Origin: Actinobacteria bacterium UBA3028
Lineage (GTDB): Bacteria > Actinomycetota > Actinomycetes > Nanopelagicales > Nanopelagicaceae
NCBI GenBank assembly: GCA_002367715.1
Contig: DFDL01000046.1
Coordinates: forward strand, 5,290-42,591
DNA length: 37,302 nucleotides
Direction of reading: 5' to 3'
Within the stretch, counting starts at the first letter, position 1. Each line of letters starts with the position of its first letter. Position numbers and translations under genes: made by a program. A model generated the notes under the pieces. It worked only from the letters and a program-made list of their open reading frames with translations. It made no database searches and was not told the DNA's origin. This document shows positions 32,464-37,302 of this stretch, one piece after another.

Positions 32464-32909
32464 TCTGCATACTTCATAATCGGTTGCCCTTGGATTCGCT
32501 CTTGATTAAGCGCCGCATCTAGGATGGCAACTGCGGCCTGCGAATCAATCTCTGTTCTAGCTTGCCTGCTATTCAACCCAGCTTCCTTCAATAGCCGCCC
32601 CGCGCTAACGGTCGTCATTCGCTCATCAATCAGATAGATAGGAGCGCTTGCAATACGCGATAGCTTCGAACAAAATTCTTCTACAGCAGAGCTCTTAGCG
32701 CTAGTTTTTCCGCTCATATGAAGTGGAAAACCAACTGCAATATAGATCGGTTCATGCTCTGCCAAAAGTGCGCCACATTCATTAAATAAGGAATCTGAAT
32801 TATTTTGAATATGCTCTAGGGGAAGTGCTAGCAACCCAGATGCATCGCTTATAGCGACACCAATTCGTACATCACCATAATCAAAGGCGATTCGCCTTCC
32901 CGCTCTCAC
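32460..32909 (-). CDS. ruvX: YqgF/RuvX family nuclease (pre-16S rRNA maturation)
   Basis: AFDYGDVRIGVA.SD, VG.P, DERMTT, ID..AA..IL. Confidence 0.93.
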   Translation of the reverse strand: MRAGRRIAFDYGDVRIGVAISDASGLLALPLEHIQNNSDSLFNECGALLAEHEPIYIAVGFPLHMSGKTSAKSSAVEEFCSKLSRIASAPIYLIDERMTTVSAGRLLKEAGLNSRQARTEIDSQAAVAILDAALNQERIQGQPIMKYAE

Positions 32910-35594
32910 CTATTTACCTGCAGCTTGTCCTACCAGCTTTTTAATTGCACTAAGTGCACTGGCTATCTCCTGATGGTTTATCCCACCACCTTGCGCAAAA
33001 TCATCCTTGCCACCGCCACCCCCGCCAAGAATTTGCGAACCAGCTTTCACGAGCGCACCGGCTTTTATGCCAATGGCCACTGCCTCATTCGAACATGCCA
33101 CTACTAAAGTAGAGCGTTCATCACCTTTGGAAGCAAGCACAATTACCCCGCCCGTTACGCGATTTCTTAAATCCAGCGCGATAGTTCGCAGGTCATCTCC
33201 CGAAATATCTGGCTCTAATTCAGCGCTGATAACCTCTAGTCCAGAAATTTTCTCACTCTTTGAAACTAAAGAACTAGCAGAGGCAAGTATTTGCGCAATC
33301 TTAAATATTGCTAGCTCTTTCTCTACGCTTCGCAATCTCTCAATCAAATCTGCAATCTTGGCTGGTAACTCTTCGACTCGACTGCCCTTTACTAATTGCG
33401 TTAATGAGTTCAGTAATAAATGTTCTCTAGCCAGAAAGCCAAAAGCATCTCGACCGACCAACGCTTCAACCCGTCTTACACCGGCTCCAATTGATGACTC
33501 CGAGAGTAATTTAACTATTCCCAGCTCACCAGAGGATTGAACGTGCGTGCCGCCGCAGAGCTCGTGTGCCCACTCACCAACACTGACTACACGCACCTGA
33601 TCACCATATTTTTCACCAAAGAGCGCCATGGCCCCCATTGCTTTAGCCTCTGGTTGTGTCATTACCTTCGCAGTTACAGCCAAATTTTCCAGTAACAAAT
33701 TATTTACGCGACCCTCGACCTCTTCCAGCGCGCTCTCAGGAACAGCGCCGGTCGATGGAAAATCAAATCTGAATCTTCCTGGTGAATTCTCAGAACCGGC
33801 CTGTGTTGCGCTCTCCCCCAAAACTTCGCGGAAAGCCTTATGAACCATATGAGTTGCAGTATGCGCTCTAGAAATAGCTAGGCGTCGCTCAATATCAATT
33901 GCAGCTAGAGCTGAATTATTTAGGTCAACACTTCCAGAGATGATCTGACCCCGATGGATATATAAACCGGGAACCGGAATCTGTACATCATCAATTTCAA
34001 CAACTGCGCCATTGGCTAGCGTTATTAGACCACCATCTGGTAGCTGCCCTCCGCCTTGCGCGTAAAACGGTGTGCGATCTAGAACAATTTCGACATCGCT
34101 ATTTATATCGGCCTCTGAAACAGATTTGCCATCGATAAGTATTCCTACAACTTTTGCCTCACTGCTCATCTCGCTGTAACCAGTAAATTGTGTGGCACCA
34201 GCACCAACTAAAATTTTTCGGTATTCACTCAAATCGGTATGGCCCGATTTCTTTAATCTGGCATCAGCCTTTGCACGATCTTTCTGTTCCCGCATAAGAC
34301 GACGGAAACCCTCCTCATCTACCTTCAGCCCTTGTTCAGATGCCATCTCGAGAGTTAAATCAAAGGGAAAGCCATAAGTATCGTGCAACTTGAACACGGT
34401 ATCGCCATCTAATTTTATCGCCTGGCTCTTCTTAGCCCCTGCGGCTGCTACATCGAAGATCTGAGTTCCACTCTTTAGCGTTGTTAGGAATGACTCCTCT
34501 TCATTTACCGTAACTGCGGTGATGCGCTCTTGGTTTTCGATTAGCTCTGGATATTGAGCGCCCATAGCTCCAATGGCTGAGGCAACTAATTCTTTTGATG
34601 TCGGATCATTTGCACCAAGAATTCGCATATTTCGAATCGTTCTGCGCATCATTCTGCGTAGTACATAGCCCCTACCCTCATTGCCTGGCAGGACTCCGTC
34701 TCCGATTAACATCATCGAAGTTCTGGCATGATCAGCTATAACACGTAGCGCAATATCACTCTTAGCATTAGAGCCATATTTAACACCCGTTAACTCGGAT
34801 GCAGTATTTAATATCTGCATAGTTGTATCAATTTCATAAATATTCTCAACGCCTTGAAGAAGGGCTGCCATGCGCTCTAAACCTAAACCGGTATCAATAC
34901 TCTTAGCTGGCAGCTCACCTAAAATCGGATAATCCTCTTTGCCCGATCCTGCGCCGCGCATGTTCTGCATGAAAACTAAGTTCCATACTTCTAAGTAGCG
35001 ATCCTCATCTGCAATAGGTCCGCCATCTTTCCCGTATGCAGGCCCCCGGTCGTAATAAATTTCAGAGCAAGGACCGCAAGGACCAGGTACGCCCATGGAC
35101 CAGAAATTATCTTCCATTCCGCGCCGTTGAATTCGCTCAGTTGGAACGCCAATTTTCTTATGCCAAATATCTGCAGCTTCATCATCGTTCTGAAAAACGG
35201 TAACCCAGAGTTTCTTCTCTGGAAATCCGTAGCCGCCCTCGCTTACAGGTTTAGTCAACAACTCCCAGGCCATGGTGATTGCGCCCTCTTTGAAATAATC
35301 ACCAAAGGAGAAATTTCCACACATCTGAAAGAACGAGGCGTGACGTGTTGTTTTTCCAACCTCATCTATATCAAGGGTACGTACACATTTTTGAACTGAA
35401 GTTGCTCTCGCATATGGTGGTTTTACCTCGCCCAGGAAAAATGGTTTAAATGGCACCATTCCAGCGTTAACTAAAAGTAGGTTTGGATCATCAGCGATTA
35501 GGGAGGCCGAAGGAACTACTGTGTGGGCTAGGCCTTGGCTATTTCCAGATTCAAAGAAGTTTAACCAACGCGATTTGATCTCTGCAGAGTTCAC
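32910..35594 (-). CDS. alaS: Alanine-tRNA ligase
   Basis: NAGMVPFKP, GNFSFGDYFK, DTGLGLER, editing motifs HTATH and ELCGGTH, DHHA1 GGGGG..AQGG. Confidence 0.98.
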   Translation of the reverse strand: MNSAEIKSRWLNFFESGNSQGLAHTVVPSASLIADDPNLLLVNAGMVPFKPFFLGEVKPPYARATSVQKCVRTLDIDEVGKTTRHASFFQMCGNFSFGDYFKEGAITMAWELLTKPVSEGGYGFPEKKLWVTVFQNDDEAADIWHKKIGVPTERIQRRGMEDNFWSMGVPGPCGPCSEIYYDRGPAYGKDGGPIADEDRYLEVWNLVFMQNMRGAGSGKEDYPILGELPAKSIDTGLGLERMAALLQGVENIYEIDTTMQILNTASELTGVKYGSNAKSDIALRVIADHARTSMMLIGDGVLPGNEGRGYVLRRMMRRTIRNMRILGANDPTSKELVASAIGAMGAQYPELIENQERITAVTVNEEESFLTTLKSGTQIFDVAAAGAKKSQAIKLDGDTVFKLHDTYGFPFDLTLEMASEQGLKVDEEGFRRLMREQKDRAKADARLKKSGHTDLSEYRKILVGAGATQFTGYSEMSSEAKVVGILIDGKSVSEADINSDVEIVLDRTPFYAQGGGQLPDGGLITLANGAVVEIDDVQIPVPGLYIHRGQIISGSVDLNNSALAAIDIERRLAISRAHTATHMVHKAFREVLGESATQAGSENSPGRFRFDFPSTGAVPESALEEVEGRVNNLLLENLAVTAKVMTQPEAKAMGAMALFGEKYGDQVRVVSVGEWAHELCGGTHVQSSGELGIVKLLSESSIGAGVRRVEALVGRDAFGFLAREHLLLNSLTQLVKGSRVEELPAKIADLIERLRSVEKELAIFKIAQILASASSLVSKSEKISGLEVISAELEPDISGDDLRTIALDLRNRVTGGVIVLASKGDERSTLVVACSNEAVAIGIKAGALVKAGSQILGGGGGGKDDFAQGGGINHQEIASALSAIKKLVGQAAGK

Positions 35595-35598
35595 GCTT

Positions 35599-36024
35599 CT
35601 ACTCAGACTCCACTTCAGATTTTGCCTCTTTAGGGCTCGAGCTCTCTGCTTTTTTCTTCTTACCCTTTCCGGCTTTTTTGGAATCCGAACTCTTCTTCAG
35701 CTGCGTTACCGCCAGAATTGCTCCTGCAGCATTCATCGCCATCTTATTCTTATCCAAGAAATTTTCCGTTGATTCAGAGATCTTGGTTCCCAAATCTTCT
35801 ACAGTCTTGGTTACCTTATTAATACTATGTAGTGGACCATTTATTAATTCAACTGTCGTTGTGACTTCCTCTAATAGGGGCGTCACCTCAATTGTCAGAT
35901 CTCGAATCGAAGTTCTTGCTTCATCAACCAAGCCACCAACCCTAACTACTGCGTAGGCCAGAGCCACAGCAATCACGAGAAGCGATGACGCTGCAATTAT
36001 TGTTGCGATTCCACCTGGACCCAT
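35599..36024 (-). CDS. DUF948-like membrane-anchored helical protein with Lys/Ser-rich tail
   Basis: N-terminal TM (G.IA.IIAA), PLL.E...TV pattern, conserved position upstream of alaS in actinobacteria. Confidence 0.75.
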   Translation of the reverse strand: MGPGGIATIIAASSLLVIAVALAYAVVRVGGLVDEARTSIRDLTIEVTPLLEEVTTTVELINGPLHSINKVTKTVEDLGTKISESTENFLDKNKMAMNAAGAILAVTQLKKSSDSKKAGKGKKKKAESSSPKEAKSEVESE

Positions 36025-36030
36025 ATGCAG

Positions 36031-36036
36031 AGCCTA
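36031..36036 (-). promoter_or_regulatory. Putative -10 element (TAGGCT), leaderless DUF948-alaS-ruvX-mltG-aroE operon
   Basis: TANNNT exactly 6 nt upstream of ATG 36024; no SD. Confidence 0.6.
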
Positions 36037-36084
36037 CCCGATTGACCTTTCACGCTTAGCGTTAATTACTACATTGGCACCGAA

Positions 36085-37302
36085 TTAATCCTTATTCTTT
36101 ACTTCAGCTTTGAAATCGACTCCGGCCTCTTTGCGCTGTGGCTCTGTAATGGGTGTGGGGGCTCCAGTTAATGGATCGCCGCCACTTGCCGTTTTAGGAA
36201 AGGCAATAACTTCGCGGATCGAGTCAGCCCCTGCGAGCAAGGCGCACAATCTATCTAATCCCAATGCAATTCCACCGTGGGGTGGTGGTCCATAATTAAA
36301 CGCTTCTAGTAGAAAGCCAAATTTGCTCTCGGCCTCTTCCTTTGAAAGTCCAATAGTGTTAAAGACCCGCGCCTGCATTTTACGATCATGGATACGAATC
36401 GAACCGCCACCAATCTCATTTCCATTTAGAACAATGTCATAGGCATAGGCAAGAGCGCTTGCTGGATCCTTATCAAAACTCTCAGCAAATTCGGGTTTAG
36501 GTCCGGTGAAAGGATGATGAACCGCAGTCCAACCACTATTGCTATCTGCGCTATCAATCTGTTCAAACATCGGTGCATCAACAACCCAGAGGAAATTCCA
36601 GGCCGCTTCATCGATTAGATCGCAGCGCTTGCCAATTTCTAAACGTACCGCGCCTAAAAGATTGAGCGATGAGATTTGATCTCCGGCTGCAAAGAAAATA
36701 GCATCACCATTCTTGGCACCTACCTGCTCTGCGATACCTGCGCGCTCACTCTCACTCAAATTCTTAGCAACTGGGCCACCAAGCACTCCATCTTCACCAA
36801 CCAAAATGTAGGCAAGGCCCTTAGCTCCGCGCGCCTTCGCCCAATCCTGCCAAGCATCTAACTCGCGCCTTGGTGAATTTGCACCGCCTGGCATAACAAC
36901 TGCGCCGACATAATCGGCCTGGAAGACTCGGAAGGTTGTGGCAGAGAAATATTGCGTGCAATCACTTAACTCTTGTTCAAAACGTAGATCCGGCTTATCG
37001 GAACCAAATCTGCGCATTGCTTCCCAATATGTCATTCTTGGAATAGGCAGCACGATCTCATAATTTGCTACCTTCTTAAATACCCGAGCTAATATCTTCT
37101 CGGCAACTTTCAACACATCCTCTTGATCGACAAAAGACATCTCGATATCTAATTGCGTAAATTCTGGTTGGCGATCGGCCCGGAAATCTTCATCGCGAAA
37201 GCAGCGAGCGATCTGATAGTAACGCTCCATGCCAGCAACCATTAGAAGCTGCTTAAAGAGTTGTGGGGATTGTGGCAGCGCATACCAACTACCTGGTTGA
37301 AG
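36085..37302 (-). CDS. aspS: Aspartate-tRNA ligase, 5'-truncated by the window edge
   Basis: The frame is open to the edge (…[15 protein letters not shown]); [21 protein letters not shown] insert [29 protein letters not shown]. Confidence 0.97.
   Translation of the reverse strand, partial: LQPGSWYALPQSPQLFKQLLMVAGMERYYQIARCFRDEDFRADRQPEFTQLDIEMSFVDQEDVLKVAEKILARVFKKVANYEIVLPIPRMTYWEAMRRFGSDKPDLRFEQELSDCTQYFSATTFRVFQADYVGAVVMPGGANSPRRELDAWQDWAKARGAKGLAYILVGEDGVLGGPVAKNLSESERAGIAEQVGAKNGDAIFFAAGDQISSLNLLGAVRLEIGKRCDLIDEAAWNFLWVVDAPMFEQIDSADSNSGWTAVHHPFTGPKPEFAESFDKDPASALAYAYDIVLNGNEIGGGSIRIHDRKMQARVFNTIGLSKEEAESKFGFLLEAFNYGPPPHGGIALGLDRLCALLAGADSIREVIAFPKTASGGDPLTGAPTPITEPQRKEAGVDFKAEVKNKD

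Noticed and set aside
33007-33540. 177-aa plus-strand ORF starting MPPPPPP
   Set aside because: It is an antisense shadow of alaS. The poly-Pro is the reverse complement of the AlaS poly-Gly codons, and there are no family motifs.
36050-36064. TCAC-N7-GTTA upstream of DUF948 as a BldD box or terminator
   Set aside because: The spacer is 7 rather than 5, and the ACGC/GCGT hairpin is too weak and lacks a U-tract.
37243-37302. aspS apparently starting at 37242 (possible truncation or pseudogene)
   Set aside because: The frame stays open to the window edge with the conserved [11 protein letters not shown], so this is a window truncation only.

Overview
This is a gene-dense core-genome segment of a moderate-GC, streamlined actinobacterium. 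Gene order, actinobacterial protein signatures and tiny intergenic gaps suggest the freshwater acI lineage (Ca. Nanopelagicales/Planktophila-like); that placement is an inference. The window opens in the 3' end of a tRNA-Leu. It then carries an NADP-type Zn alcohol dehydrogenase, DUF554 and YczE membrane proteins, ung, an orphan ABC ATPase and serB. The rest is the conserved actinobacterial minus-strand supercluster aspS(partial)-DUF948-alaS-ruvX-mltG-aroE-A24 peptidase-aroC-aroK-aroB-aroQ-efp-nusB / bldD(+) / pyrR-pyrB-pyrC-carA-carB-pyrK-pyrD-pyrF-[mIHF-gmk fusion]-rpoZ-coaBC-metK-priA-def-fmt-rsmB-rpe-hisE-hisG. I saw no mobile elements, CRISPR arrays, prophage or defence islands, and no clearly new multi-gene system. 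The best leads are: (1) an in-frame fusion of the nucleoid protein mIHF/sIHF to guanylate kinase; (2) a BldD orthologue with an intact RXD-X8-RXXD c-di-GMP motif in a presumably non-sporulating organism; (3) DnaA-box-like 9-mers at nearly the same position (about -40 to -49) upstream of both bldD and the prepilin peptidase; (4) TANNNT-N6-start leaderless promoter geometry at many operon heads; (5) a PyrR binding loop that sequesters the pyrR Shine-Dalgarno; (6) unexplained 8-10-8 palindromes at two promoters.
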